Of a DNA stretch of 64,000 nt, positions 48,468-58,990 are shown one piece after another. The position numbers were made by a program, and so were the translations under genes. Each line of letters begins with the position of its first letter. Within the stretch, counting starts at the first letter, position 1. Under the pieces are notes generated by a model. The model saw only the letters and a list, made by a program, of their open reading frames with translations. It had not been told where the DNA came from and did no database searches. Source of the DNA: a bacterium (GTDB lineage: Bacteria; Patescibacteriota; Microgenomatia; Curtissbacterales; GWA2-41-24); assembly GCA_021813125.1 (NCBI GenBank), contig JAKALT010000002.1, positions 11,424-75,423 of the forward strand, in the 5' to 3' direction.

Positions 48468-49455
48468 ATCGTTTATCATAGTTATAATGCCCAGGGTTTT
48501 TATAACCGGAGTAATTCCGGATGTTGGAATTAGCGCTCTCCATCAAAAAGGCTTTACAGTTGATATTAATAAAACAGGGAAAGATTTAAGCGCAAGCGAA
48601 TTAAAAAAAGCGTTTGAAGAGTACGACGCTATTATCCCCTTTGTTAACAATAAAATTGACCGCGACTTGATAAAGTCGGCTTCATCTAATCTTAAGGTTA
48701 TTGCAAATTATGCAGTAGGCTTTGACAACATTGATGTTACCGCTGCAAACGAAAAAGGCATTGTCGTCTGTAACACACCCGGGGTGGCCAATGAATCCGT
48801 AGCAGAACATGTGTTTGCACTGATTTTTGCCTGCAACAAATCAATTATTCCTGCTGATAAGTTTGTGCGAGACGGAAAATATAAGCGCTGGGACCCGAAT
48901 TTATTCCTTTCGCACCAGGTATGGGGGCAAACAATCGGGATAATTGGCCTTGGCAGAATAGGAACTTTTGTTGGCCAGATAGCTTACGGGGGATTTAGAA
49001 TGAATGTTTTGTACTACGACATTAAACGGGCGGAGGATTTTGAACTCATTTGCGAAGCCAGGTACGCAGCTGTTAATGATATTTTAAAAGAAGCTGATAT
49101 TGTGACACTTCATGTTCCGTTAAATGAAAAAACCCAACATATGATTGGCCGAGATGAGCTTAGAAATATGAAAAAAACAGCAATTCTAATTAACACATCA
49201 AGGGGTCCTGTTGTTGAGGAGAAAGCACTTGTTTGGGCTCTCAAGGAAAAAGTTATTGCGGCTGCAGGGCTTGATGTTTTTGAATTCGAACCGGTTATTT
49301 CTAAGGAGCTGCTGGAACTTGATAACGTTGTTGTAACCCCCCACGTTGCATCGGCAACCTATGAGACAAGGGAGACGATGTCCAGAATTGTAGCGCAAAA
49401 TATAATTGATGTTTTTGAAGGGGGTACTCCTCAAGGACTGGTAAAGTTACCTTAA
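48448..49455 (+). CDS. D-isomer-specific 2-hydroxyacid dehydrogenase (glycerate/hydroxypyruvate reductase-like)
   Basis: GIIGLGRIGTFVGQIA NAD-binding loop and VTPHVAS. Confidence 0.85.
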   Translation: MWQAPSKSFIIVIMPRVFITGVIPDVGISALHQKGFTVDINKTGKDLSASELKKAFEEYDAIIPFVNNKIDRDLIKSASSNLKVIANYAVGFDNIDVTAANEKGIVVCNTPGVANESVAEHVFALIFACNKSIIPADKFVRDGKYKRWDPNLFLSHQVWGQTIGIIGLGRIGTFVGQIAYGGFRMNVLYYDIKRAEDFELICEARYAAVNDILKEADIVTLHVPLNEKTQHMIGRDELRNMKKTAILINTSRGPVVEEKALVWALKEKVIAAAGLDVFEFEPVISKELLELDNVVVTPHVASATYETRETMSRIVAQNIIDVFEGGTPQGLVKLP

Positions 49456-49977
49456 CCTGGAATCGACTCTCTTTGCTCGGGCATAGACCATTCGTTGGTA
49501 ATTCTTAACGGTAGAAGGTTGCAATCCATAAACAGTTCCGGTAAGTTCTATCGCTTGCGCAATAAGATCTCTTGTCCAGCCAACATCGTCATTGAGTTCC
49601 TTGGCTAATATTGGCCTTTCTTTTACATATCTTCTTGCAAGAGTTTTTGCAGGAAGTTTTCGTAAATGTGCTTTTGCAACTTCTTCTTGAAACACTGCTT
49701 GTGGATCAAAAACTAAATCGCCCACTTCGGGTGAGGAAGCATAAATGCCTTTTCGTTGGTCACTAACTCTAAAATTAAATGCGTGACGCATGTTTTCCCA
49801 ACCTTGAGCTAAGCGCCTTAATGCACCTTCAAGACCACCTGACCAAACTTCTTCTAGTACTACAGACTTTTCATCACCTGTAAGGCTTTTTAAGGCACGC
49901 CTTGCCTTTCTGAGTCTTGGTGCCGCTTCATGGAAGCCTCTTAACGTAAGCTGTCGTGCATAAGCTCTCTCTGGCAT
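49447..49977 (-). CDS. hypothetical Arg/Ala-rich protein
   Basis: 176 aa. It overlaps the convergent dehydrogenase gene end by 9 bp and sits downstream of yraN in the same orientation. Confidence 0.4.
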   Translation of the reverse strand: MPERAYARQLTLRGFHEAAPRLRKARRALKSLTGDEKSVVLEEVWSGGLEGALRRLAQGWENMRHAFNFRVSDQRKGIYASSPEVGDLVFDPQAVFQEEVAKAHLRKLPAKTLARRYVKERPILAKELNDDVGWTRDLIAQAIELTGTVYGLQPSTVKNYQRMVYARAKRVDSRLR

Positions 49978-50009
49978 AAAGGGGATTATATATCTTTAGC
50001 CTTCTAAGT

Positions 50010-50363
50010 TCAAAATCCCGCGTTTTTGATGAGCTTGATAGAAGGTGTTGACGTGGACAGATCAACGCTTACAACATCTATTCGTTCCTGGAGTGGAAGA
50101 TTTCTTCTATTTACGCGGTAAAATTTCGACGCACGTTCCAGAAATTTTAACTTGTGGTATGTTACGGCCTCTTCCGGCAGACCGAAGTCGTGATTTGATC
50201 TGGTTTTCACTTCAATATAAACCAATACGCCGCTTTCGAGGGCAATAATGTCGATTTCTCCGCCGCGTATACGGAAATTTCGCTCGATTATTTTGTAACC
50301 TTCGCGTTTTAGAAAATCGCACGCCAAATCCTCTCCGAATTTTCCTATTGCAGCTTTGTCCAT
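50010..50363 (-). CDS. yraN: YraN-family (UPF0102) predicted endonuclease
   Basis: GKFGEDLACDFLKREGYKIIERNFR...GEIDIIA...YIEVKTR. Confidence 0.8.
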   Translation of the reverse strand: MDKAAIGKFGEDLACDFLKREGYKIIERNFRIRGGEIDIIALESGVLVYIEVKTRSNHDFGLPEEAVTYHKLKFLERASKFYRVNRRNLPLQERIDVVSVDLSTSTPSIKLIKNAGF

Positions 50364-50389
50364 ATTTGTTTCTAACTCATCTTTGTTTC

Positions 50390-50438
50390 AAGGTCAGGTC
50401 TTAGCCTTGGAATATTCCAACAAAGGCCTGACCTTTTC
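50390..50438. repeat. nested palindromic element (copy C): AAGGTCAGGTC...GGCCTGACCTT enclosing the perfect 14-bp palindrome TTGGAATATTCCAA
   Basis: Outer arms at 50390-50400 and 50425-50435. The inner palindrome is at 50407-50420. A TTTT tract follows. It lies between rnhB and yraN on the opposite strand. Confidence 0.35.
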
Positions 50439-50454
50439 CTGACACTTTGATTGT

Positions 50455-51072
50455 TCACGAATATAGGAAGTCTAAGTTGTAGGACATCCTGTGAATTTTT
50501 GATAGCCCAAACATTTGAATAGCTCTTTGATGTTGGGGAGTTCCGTAACCTTTATGCGTTTGAAAATTGTATTTTGGATATTTCCGGGCCAGCTTTTCCA
50601 TTAGGCTGTCCCGAAAAACTTTAGCAATTATTGAAGCTGCTGCAATCGATGCGCAAGTCATATCCCCGTGTTTTATTGCTCTTTGCTTAATGCTTGAGCT
50701 TATGTATTTGATATGGAAAGCGTCAACAAGGCAATATTCAGGCCTTGGGGAAATACTACTTACAATTCGCCTAAAAGCGACTTGGGTCGCTTTGGCTATT
50801 CCCAGTTTGTCGATTTGTTGATGAGATACTTCCGAAATTAGAAAGCCGAGTGAGTTTTTTCTTAAAATTTTATCCAATTCTTCTCTTTTTTTAGGTTTAA
50901 GAAGTTTGGAATCGGCAAGCCCTTTAGGGATCTTAAAATCCAGTGGCAGAATAACGCCTGCCGCTACAAGCGGGCCTGCCCATGAGCCCCTACCAACTTC
51001 GTCGATGCCCACTATTGTTTTTATCCCTTTTTGCCAAAGGGCTTTTTCTTCTGACAAGTCAGGCAGAAACAT
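50455..51072 (-). CDS. rnhB: ribonuclease HII
   Basis: IVGIDEVGRGSWAGPLVAAGVIL. Confidence 0.9.
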   Translation of the reverse strand: MFLPDLSEEKALWQKGIKTIVGIDEVGRGSWAGPLVAAGVILPLDFKIPKGLADSKLLKPKKREELDKILRKNSLGFLISEVSHQQIDKLGIAKATQVAFRRIVSSISPRPEYCLVDAFHIKYISSSIKQRAIKHGDMTCASIAAASIIAKVFRDSLMEKLARKYPKYNFQTHKGYGTPQHQRAIQMFGLSKIHRMSYNLDFLYS

Positions 51073-51076
51073 TTTC

Positions 51077-51352
51077 TTATTTCGTTTTTCTTAAATAGTA
51101 GAGCTTTGCGCGCCTTGCGCCTGTAGATTTAACCACGGTAATTTTTTCTATGGAAGGCGAGGCGACCGGAAAAATCCGTTCGACAAAAACGCCGTCTGCA
51201 CCGCGTTTTCTAACAATAAAGGTGCGGCTTTCTTTTTGGCCTCTAAGGGAAATGACAACACCTTCAAAGGGTGTTGCATGGACTTTGTTGTCCTGCGGGT
51301 CTTTGGTGAAAACACGGATAATATCACCAACTTTGAAATTTGTCGTATCCAT
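51077..51352 (-). CDS. rplS: 50S ribosomal protein L19
   Basis: FKVGDIIRV ... RKRGADGVFVERIFPVASP. Confidence 0.9.
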   Translation of the reverse strand: MDTTNFKVGDIIRVFTKDPQDNKVHATPFEGVVISLRGQKESRTFIVRKRGADGVFVERIFPVASPSIEKITVVKSTGARRAKLYYLRKTK

Positions 51353-51391
51353 AGGGGTAAAGTATATCCAAAAAGACTATTTTTGTAAACC

Positions 51392-54300
51392 TTAATTTGT
51401 TATATGGCAACCAAGGCTTGTGAGGCTTTCCTCGAGATCAAAATTTCTCTCAACCCCAAACGGCACAGGAATTTTGCGGAGTGCACTATCTTTTCCCGGA
51501 AGGATTAAAAATGCCGGGTTGTTGCCTGGATTTTCCTTTAAAACTTCGTAGATTTTAGAAAGGAGGATTCTGTCGGCATCGGAAGGGATGGAAACGTTTA
51601 TTTCATCACCTCCGATATCTTGGGGAATTTCTTCCAATAAGGAGACATTGTCTGCTATAAGATTTGCACTTTCGTCGTCTGCCTCAAGCTTTCCGGATAT
51701 AATTACTATTTGGTCCATGGCAATTATGTCTCTTGCGCTTTGATAAGTTTTAGGAAAAACGATGACTTCAATCGTACCCGTTGTGTCCTGAAGCTTAAGA
51801 AAACACATTTCCTGCTGTTTAAGTTTTGTGACAGTTTTTCTGATTGAAGCAATTATGCCGCCAAGCTTTATGGTTTTATTGGCATAAGTGAAACGGTCTA
51901 TTTCGCCAATTTTTACCGTCGTTACCTTGTCTATTTTGTCGGAAACCTTTGCAAGCGGATGCTCGGTTAAATAGAAGCCCAAAAGTTCCCGCTCCCAGGA
52001 AAGAATTTCTTCTTTTGGAGCCTCATCTCCTGAATTGAGTGCAGAACTCATAGATTTGGACATGACAGTTTTTTCTTCTAACTCTTCCTCGCCAAAAAGC
52101 GTTCCCTGGCCTTCTGCTATAGTTTTGGAAAGAGATGTGCCTGCAGATTTGATATCGTCTAAAATTTTGAGCATAGCGTTTCTTTTCCCGAAACTGTCCA
52201 TGGCCCCGGCTTTTATCAGGCTTTCCAGTGTTTTTCGGTTTACCGCCCTTAAATTGACTCTTGATACAAAGTTGTCCAGTGATTTGAAAGGCCCGCGGGC
52301 AACCCGCTCTGAAATAATAGCTTCAATTGCAGCCTTGCCAACGTTTTTAATTGCCGAAAAACCAAAGCGAATGCCGTCTCTTTTGGCTTTCTGGCCCTTG
52401 GCGCCTACTAAATCTGAGTTGATTTTTTCTATAGCAAAGCCTGTTTTGGATTCATTGATGTCCGGTGGTAGAACCAGAATACCCATTTTTGAGCATTCAT
52501 CCACAGCAGAGGCAATTTTATCGGTGTCGTCAGCTTCCGCCGTCATCACTGCGGTCATAAACTCAACCGGGTAGTTTGCTTTCATAAATGCAGTCTGATA
52601 GGCGATAATCGCGTAAGAAGCCGCATGGGCTTTGTTAAACCCGTAGGCCGCAAACGGTTCAATAAGCTTAAACAATTCTTCCGACTTTTCACCTGTCATG
52701 CCGTTTTTGATGGCACCATCGATAAACTTTTCGCGTTGTTTTGTCATTTCTGCAGGAATCTTTTTACCCATAGCCTTACGGAAATTGTCGGCTTCTTCCC
52801 AGCTATAACCGGCAATATTAATTGCTGTTAATAAAACATCGTCCTGGTAAACTATGACTCCATATGAAAGGTCTAAATAATCCTTCATCCGGGGATCGAA
52901 ATACTTTATTTTTTTAGGATCGTTTTTTCTTTCAATAAATTCGGGGATAGAGTTCATCGGACCGGGACGAAAGAGTGAGATCATCGCCATGATGTCAAAA
53001 ACAGTTGTAGGCCGTAATTCTTTCAGGTACCTTGTCATGCCTGATCCACCTAATTGAAAAAGGCCCATTGTTTCTCCCTTTGCCAAGAGCGCAAATGCCT
53101 TTTTGTCATCAAGAGGTATGTCTGTTAAATTAATTTTGATGTTTTTTTCCGTTTGGACGATTTTTACCGCTTGACCCAAAATTGAAAGGTTTCTGATTCC
53201 TAAAAAATCCATCTTTACAAGACCGACGTCCTCGACATCGTGCATATCGTATTGGGTGATTATTTTTTCGCCAGTGGTTTCTTTTTGAAGTGGTGTGTAA
53301 TTTGTGAGGTCGTCGGGACCGATTACAACTCCTGCCGCGTGCACAGAAACATGCCTGGCATTTCCCTCGACCTTTTCTGCAAGATCTAAAAGTTCTTTTA
53401 CTTCTGAATCTTCTGTGTAAAGATTTCCAAGATCCCTGTTTTGCTTTTTGGCAAGATCCAAAGACATCGGGAATCCCTGTGCTCCGAATGGAATCATTTT
53501 GGCAATTCTATCCGCTTTTGAGTATGGCCACCCTAAAACCCGTGCCACATCCCGGACGGCCGCCCGGGCCATCATTGTCCCAAATGTACCAATTTGGGCA
53601 ACCTTTTCGTGGCCGTATTTCTCACGAACGTACTGGATTACTTCATCACGTCTGTTGTCTTCAAAATCGACATCAATATCGGGAAGCGTTGGCCTGTACA
53701 AGTTTAAAAACCTTTCGAAGGGAAGTTTAAAATAAAGCGGGTTTACCGTTGTTATTCCCAGAGCGTAAGAAACAAGGCTTCCCGAGGCAGACCCGCGAGT
53801 AGTAGAGATAATTCCTTTTTCCCGAGACCAGTTTACAAAATCAGAAACAACCAGAAAATACGCAGAGTAACCTTTTTTGGCGATAACCGAAAGTTCGTAG
53901 TCGAGCCTTTCTTGAATTTCCGGTGTCACTTTTTCTACCTTAGATTTAATTCTTTCATAGCAAAGTTCTTTTAGATATTCATCTGCCGTTTGCTCGGTCG
54001 GAACTTTATATTTTGGGAAGGCAACTTTTCCTAAGGTAAGATCTATTTTTACTTTATCGGCAACTTTAACTGTATTATCTACAGCTTCAGAAATGTCCGG
54101 AAAAAGTTCTCTCATTTCCTCGTCGCTTTTTAGAAAGAAGGTGGGGGAGTCAATCATCCTTAGGCGTTTTTCGTCTTGGATATTTTTACCCGTCTGAATG
54201 CAGACAATGGCATCTTGAGCACTTGCATCTTGGGGCAGGACATAATGAATATCGTTTGTTGCAACCAGCATTAGCCCCATTTCTTTTGATAATTTCTTTG

Positions 54301-54931
54301 CTCCTTCTATAATTTTCAGCTCTTCCCGATGCATTCTTTCCAGCTCGTTGTAAATATAGGAACCTTTGTCGTGTGCTGCCTGGAATTTAGAGAATTCGTG
54401 CCTTTGGACTTCCAGAAAAAAATCGTCTTTTCCAAATATTTCTTGATATTCACCTGCCAGTTTTTTCGCCGCCTTCATATCTCCTTTTGCAAACTCCTTC
54501 GATATTTCGGACGAGTTGCAGCCTGAAAGTGCCATTAATCCTTTTGCATGTTTTGCGAGAGTTTGTTTGTCTACTCTCGGTCGGTAATAAAATCCTTCAA
54601 GTTGGGCTATTGTTACTAGCTTCATCAGGTTGATGTAGCCTTCCCTATCCTTTGCCAAAACTGTCAAATGATGGTAATCGCTATCTTTTCCAGCCTCTTT
54701 ATCTTTCAGGGTTCTTTTGGCCAGATACATTTCGCAGCCTATAATTGGATTAAGGCCTTGCTCTTTGCACTCTTTGTAAAACTTGACCGCACCATACATT
54801 GATCCGTGATCTGTGATTGCCAGATGCTGCATGCCAAATATTTTTGCCTGAGTCACCATTTTGGGGATCTTGGAAAGACCGTCCAGGAGTGAATACTCAC
54901 TGTGCACATGAAGATGGACAAATTTAGACAT
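51392..54931 (-). CDS. dnaE: DNA polymerase III alpha subunit
   Basis: 1179 aa with an N-terminal PHP (HLHVHSEYSLLDG), a polymerase core and OB fold. Confidence 0.95.
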   Translation of the reverse strand: MSKFVHLHVHSEYSLLDGLSKIPKMVTQAKIFGMQHLAITDHGSMYGAVKFYKECKEQGLNPIIGCEMYLAKRTLKDKEAGKDSDYHHLTVLAKDREGYINLMKLVTIAQLEGFYYRPRVDKQTLAKHAKGLMALSGCNSSEISKEFAKGDMKAAKKLAGEYQEIFGKDDFFLEVQRHEFSKFQAAHDKGSYIYNELERMHREELKIIEGAKKLSKEMGLMLVATNDIHYVLPQDASAQDAIVCIQTGKNIQDEKRLRMIDSPTFFLKSDEEMRELFPDISEAVDNTVKVADKVKIDLTLGKVAFPKYKVPTEQTADEYLKELCYERIKSKVEKVTPEIQERLDYELSVIAKKGYSAYFLVVSDFVNWSREKGIISTTRGSASGSLVSYALGITTVNPLYFKLPFERFLNLYRPTLPDIDVDFEDNRRDEVIQYVREKYGHEKVAQIGTFGTMMARAAVRDVARVLGWPYSKADRIAKMIPFGAQGFPMSLDLAKKQNRDLGNLYTEDSEVKELLDLAEKVEGNARHVSVHAAGVVIGPDDLTNYTPLQKETTGEKIITQYDMHDVEDVGLVKMDFLGIRNLSILGQAVKIVQTEKNIKINLTDIPLDDKKAFALLAKGETMGLFQLGGSGMTRYLKELRPTTVFDIMAMISLFRPGPMNSIPEFIERKNDPKKIKYFDPRMKDYLDLSYGVIVYQDDVLLTAINIAGYSWEEADNFRKAMGKKIPAEMTKQREKFIDGAIKNGMTGEKSEELFKLIEPFAAYGFNKAHAASYAIIAYQTAFMKANYPVEFMTAVMTAEADDTDKIASAVDECSKMGILVLPPDINESKTGFAIEKINSDLVGAKGQKAKRDGIRFGFSAIKNVGKAAIEAIISERVARGPFKSLDNFVSRVNLRAVNRKTLESLIKAGAMDSFGKRNAMLKILDDIKSAGTSLSKTIAEGQGTLFGEEELEEKTVMSKSMSSALNSGDEAPKEEILSWERELLGFYLTEHPLAKVSDKIDKVTTVKIGEIDRFTYANKTIKLGGIIASIRKTVTKLKQQEMCFLKLQDTTGTIEVIVFPKTYQSARDIIAMDQIVIISGKLEADDESANLIADNVSLLEEIPQDIGGDEINVSIPSDADRILLSKIYEVLKENPGNNPAFLILPGKDSALRKIPVPFGVERNFDLEESLTSLGCHITN

Positions 54932-54978
54932 AATTCTCTAGATCATTCTATCATTGATGATTAATTATAGGCGATTGC

Positions 54979-56298
54979 CTACCGGAGCTGATTTTCAAGC
55001 AGACTTTTAACATCATTTGCATTTGCCTGCCCTTTTGTTTTTTGCATAACAATTCCTATTAAAACCTGAATCGCATTTGTTTTGCCTGCTTTATAAGCGG
55101 CAACTATGTTTTTATTTTCTTTAATTACCTCACCTACAATCTTTTCCAGGTCTGACTGGTCTATGGTTACTCTTGAAGTTTGAGCCTTAATCGTTCGAAT
55201 CAATTCGGCGGGTAGCGTTTTTTCCAGATCAGTTTTTTTGTTAATAATTATATTGGCAATTTGCTTGGGGATGATGTTATGTGCGTTACCAATCTTTACT
55301 GCCTCATCGAAAAAATCTGCAGTTTGTTTTTCTCTGGTTAATATTTCCGCATCATAAGACGTGAGCGAATACTGTTTTTTAAAACGGGCAAGTTTTGCCT
55401 GGGGCAATTCCGGCAGGCTTTTTTTGGTCTTTGTCACATCTTCCCTACTAATTGTAAACAGCGGAATGTCCGGTTCCGGAAAATAACGGTAATCGTGCGC
55501 CTCCTCTTTACTCCTCTGGGAGAGTGTCGCCTGTTTTTGCTCATTCCAACCGCGTGTTTCTTGCTTTGGGGTCTCCCCTTTTTCCAAAAGCTCCTTTTGC
55601 CTTTCCAGTTCAAAATTTATTGCCTTTTCGACAAACTTGAATGAATTGATGTTTTTGACTTCGACTTTATATCCAGGCAATCCGTTTTCTCCCGGCCTTT
55701 TGAGTGAGATATTTGGCTCCAGCCTCATATCACCTTTTTCCATATCCGCTTCTGAAACGCCAAGATACCTTACTGTCTGCTGGAGTAACTTAAGGTATTC
55801 GACAACTTCCACGGCATTTTCAAAATCAGGCTCGGTAACAATTTCAACCAAAGGGACTCCAGACCTATTAAAATCTATTAAGGATACGTTTTTTGCGTTT
55901 ACTTCGGCGTGGGTTAGTTTGGCAGTATCTTCTTCCATGTGTGCGCGGGTAATTCTGATTTTCTTGCCGTTTGATAAAGTGATGTTTCCGTTTACACAAA
56001 ACGGCTGGTCGTACTGGCTAATTTGATAGCCTTTCGGAAGGTCAGGGTAAAAATAATTTTTTCTGTCGAACTTGGAAAACGTTGGAATTTGGCAATTTAG
56101 CGCAAGACCAATGGCAATACACCATTCTATTGCCTTCTTGTTTGGAACCGGCAGAGCGCCAGGAAGACCCAGACAAACAGGACAAGTGTGCGTATTTGGC
56201 TTTTTGCCAAAATAATCCGCTGAACAAGAACAAAACATTTTGGACTTTGTGTAAAGTTCAACATGGACTTCAAGACCGATCACCGGTGTGTATTTCAT
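54979..56298 (-). CDS. gatB: Asp-tRNA(Asn)/Glu-tRNA(Gln) amidotransferase subunit B
   Basis: Canonical GatB N-terminus IGLEVHVELYTKSKMFCSC. Confidence 0.95.
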   Translation of the reverse strand: MKYTPVIGLEVHVELYTKSKMFCSCSADYFGKKPNTHTCPVCLGLPGALPVPNKKAIEWCIAIGLALNCQIPTFSKFDRKNYFYPDLPKGYQISQYDQPFCVNGNITLSNGKKIRITRAHMEEDTAKLTHAEVNAKNVSLIDFNRSGVPLVEIVTEPDFENAVEVVEYLKLLQQTVRYLGVSEADMEKGDMRLEPNISLKRPGENGLPGYKVEVKNINSFKFVEKAINFELERQKELLEKGETPKQETRGWNEQKQATLSQRSKEEAHDYRYFPEPDIPLFTISREDVTKTKKSLPELPQAKLARFKKQYSLTSYDAEILTREKQTADFFDEAVKIGNAHNIIPKQIANIIINKKTDLEKTLPAELIRTIKAQTSRVTIDQSDLEKIVGEVIKENKNIVAAYKAGKTNAIQVLIGIVMQKTKGQANANDVKSLLENQLR

Positions 56299-57701
56299 AG
56301 TTTAGGTTTTACTTTATGGAAATCTGTATTTTTTTCAAATTGATTTGCCACGTTCAGAATAATGCTTTCTGAAAACTGCGGTCCAATTATTTGCATTCCG
56401 ACTGGTAAATCCTCTCTAGAAAAGCCACAAGGAACGTTAATACCCGGTAGGCCGGCAATTGATGACGGCTCCACTAAAATGTCTGCCATTTCCCCAAACA
56501 TGGGATGCCCTTTGCTTGCGCCAAGAGGCAAGGCTGTCGACGGGCTTGTCGGCCCTACTATTACGTCGACCTGCTTAAAGGCTTTTTTAAAATCTTCAAT
56601 AATTAGAGTCCGGACTTTTTGAGCTTTGTTGTAATACTGGTCGTAGTAGCCTGCAGACAGTGCGTAGGTGCCTAACATTATTCTTCTTTTTGCTTCTTCT
56701 CCAAATTTGCTGCGGCCGTTCCCATATCTGATTCCGTCGTACCTTGCCAAATTTGAAGAAACTTCTGCTCTTTGAATTATCGTATAAACAGCAATTGCAT
56801 ATTGCGGATCAAATAATTTGATTTCCTGGATTTTTGCCCCTAATTCTTCAAAAACTTTAAGCGCTTGTTCAACTTTCTTTTCGACTTCGCTCTCGCATTT
56901 TTTAAAATATTTACTCGATATTCCTATTTTAAGGCCAGAGATATTTTTGTTTAGGTTTTTCGAATAATCTTCAACTATATTCGGAGATGTTGTTGCGTCG
57001 AATTTGTCTTTACCTGCAAGTATATTTAAAATCATTGCACTATCCTCAACTGTTTTTGTGATTGGACCTGGACTGTCGAGCGAAGAACCCATAGCTACAA
57101 CACCATAACGACTTACTCTTCCGTAGGTTGGTTTAAGTCCAACGACACCACACCAGGCAGCCGGCTGGCGAATTGAGCCCGCTGTTTCGGACCCTATTGA
57201 TGCTACAACCTCATCCGCGGCCACACTTGCTGCCGAACCGCCGGAAGACCCACCCGGGAGTGTTTTTATATTCCATGGATTTTTTGTTGGGCCAAAATCA
57301 GAGGTTTCTGTTGACGATCCATGCGCCCAGGCATCCATGTTGGTTTTGCCGACAATAACTGCCCCAGCTCTTTTCAAACTTGCAACCACAGTAGCATCGT
57401 AAGGAGGAATGTAACTTTCGAGAACTTTACTTGAAGCAGTGGTCTGTATACCGATAGTGTTGAAATTATCTTTGACGCTTATGGGGATGCCCAAAAGCGG
57501 CTTTTTGTCACCCTGGCTTAATAATTCGTCAGCTTTTTTTGCCTGATCTTGCGCTTCTTTTTCACAAACAGTTATAAAGGCAGAAATTTTGGGTTCCAAT
57601 TTTTTAATTCTTTCGAGATAGAATCGAGTAAGCTCCAATGATGTAGCTTTTTTTTGTCTTAAAAGTTGTTTCGCTTGTTGTAAGCTCAAATTGTTTAACA
57701 T
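56295..57701 (-). CDS. gatA: Asp-tRNA(Asn)/Glu-tRNA(Gln) amidotransferase subunit A
   Basis: Amidase signature GGSSGGSAASVAA. It overlaps gatB (ATGA). Confidence 0.95.
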   Translation of the reverse strand: MLNNLSLQQAKQLLRQKKATSLELTRFYLERIKKLEPKISAFITVCEKEAQDQAKKADELLSQGDKKPLLGIPISVKDNFNTIGIQTTASSKVLESYIPPYDATVVASLKRAGAVIVGKTNMDAWAHGSSTETSDFGPTKNPWNIKTLPGGSSGGSAASVAADEVVASIGSETAGSIRQPAAWCGVVGLKPTYGRVSRYGVVAMGSSLDSPGPITKTVEDSAMILNILAGKDKFDATTSPNIVEDYSKNLNKNISGLKIGISSKYFKKCESEVEKKVEQALKVFEELGAKIQEIKLFDPQYAIAVYTIIQRAEVSSNLARYDGIRYGNGRSKFGEEAKRRIMLGTYALSAGYYDQYYNKAQKVRTLIIEDFKKAFKQVDVIVGPTSPSTALPLGASKGHPMFGEMADILVEPSSIAGLPGINVPCGFSREDLPVGMQIIGPQFSESIILNVANQFEKNTDFHKVKPKL

Positions 57702-57703
57702 AG

Positions 57704-58018
57704 CTATTGTTCTTCCAGTATTGCTTCGGTGACAACAAAGCCGTTATAAGTTGACTTGGCGTTTTGAAGGGCTTCTTCTTGCGAAAATGACGGCGCAGCT
57801 ATATCTTCTCTTGTGATATTTTCAAGGTTGGTTACCTGGCTAGTGGGTTTGACATTTTTTGTATCAATTTCTTGAAGCTTTTCAATATACTTTATTGTTT
57901 CCTCAAGTTGGCCTTCGAAGGTTTTCTTTTCGCTTTCCGAAATGGGAATATTTGCCAGTATTGCGACATGGTCTACATCTATCGATGCGCTTGACGTTTT
58001 ACCTTTGACGTTTGACAT
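57704..58018 (-). CDS. gatC: Asp-tRNA(Asn)/Glu-tRNA(Gln) amidotransferase subunit C
   Basis: 104 aa, positioned immediately upstream of gatA. Confidence 0.8.
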   Translation of the reverse strand: MSNVKGKTSSASIDVDHVAILANIPISESEKKTFEGQLEETIKYIEKLQEIDTKNVKPTSQVTNLENITREDIAAPSFSQEEALQNAKSTYNGFVVTEAILEEQ

Positions 58019-58021
58019 AAC

Positions 58022-58966
58022 TTATTGCATTGCGCGGAGGGCTTTGACGCGCTCGGCAATTGGCGGGTGGGTATTGAATAAATTGGCAAATAGACTTACG
58101 CCTTTGTGGGCATCTTTAAACGGATTGGCAATGTAAAGGTGGGCGGTTGCTTTGTTGGCAACTTCCAGCGGCTCCGGATCATTTGAGATTTTAATTAGAG
58201 CGGATGCCAATTCTTCGGGGTTTCTTGTTAAAAGCGCGCCGGAGGCGTCCGCTAAAAATTCCCTTTTTCTGGATATGGCTAGTTGGATCAGTGTTGCCGC
58301 AATAGGCGCCAGGATCGCCATAACCAGGCCTAACACTACAAAAACTGCCTGACCTCCCCTATCTTCGTCCCTATCGCCTCTTGAGTAAAACGAGATCCTT
58401 AGAAAAAAGTCTGCAAGAAGAGCTACCGTTCCGACTAAAATCGAAACTATGGTCATTAACCTTGTGTCGTAGTTGCCTACATGTGACAGTTCGTGCGCTG
58501 TAACACCTTCCAGTTCCAATTTGCTGAGTTTTGAGAGAATTCCTGTTGTGAAAGCAATAGCCGCGTGCTGAGGATCCCTGCCTGTTGCGAAAGCATTTGG
58601 GGCACCATCTTCGATTATGTAAATTTTAGGCATTGGAAGACCTGATGCAATGCATAAATTTTCTACAGTTCTGTAAAGTGTCGGGTTATCTTTTTTCTGG
58701 ATTTGTTTGGCTTTTGAGATTGCCATAACTATTTTGTCACTGTTGTAGTAGGAAAAGAAATTCATAATGCCCGCAATAATTAAGGCAATCCCCGAAAAGC
58801 CAAGTGCCGATGGGCCGCGAAAGCCTAAGGCATTTGAGAAAATAAAAACGACAAAGGTTATAAAGATTGCAAAAAGAAGCATAATTAGCCAGGTTTTGAA
58901 GCGGTTTGATTCTATGCCGGTGTATGCTGTCATAATGCTTGGATTATACCTGAAAATGGTAGACAA
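58022..58966 (-). CDS. htpX: HtpX-like M48 zinc metalloprotease
   Basis: HELSHV zinc motif and an N-terminal TM pair. Confidence 0.85.
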   Translation of the reverse strand: MSTIFRYNPSIMTAYTGIESNRFKTWLIMLLFAIFITFVVFIFSNALGFRGPSALGFSGIALIIAGIMNFFSYYNSDKIVMAISKAKQIQKKDNPTLYRTVENLCIASGLPMPKIYIIEDGAPNAFATGRDPQHAAIAFTTGILSKLSKLELEGVTAHELSHVGNYDTRLMTIVSILVGTVALLADFFLRISFYSRGDRDEDRGGQAVFVVLGLVMAILAPIAATLIQLAISRKREFLADASGALLTRNPEELASALIKISNDPEPLEVANKATAHLYIANPFKDAHKGVSLFANLFNTHPPIAERVKALRAMQ

Positions 58967-58990
58967 AGTTAAGGTCGGCTTCTGTAGGTT

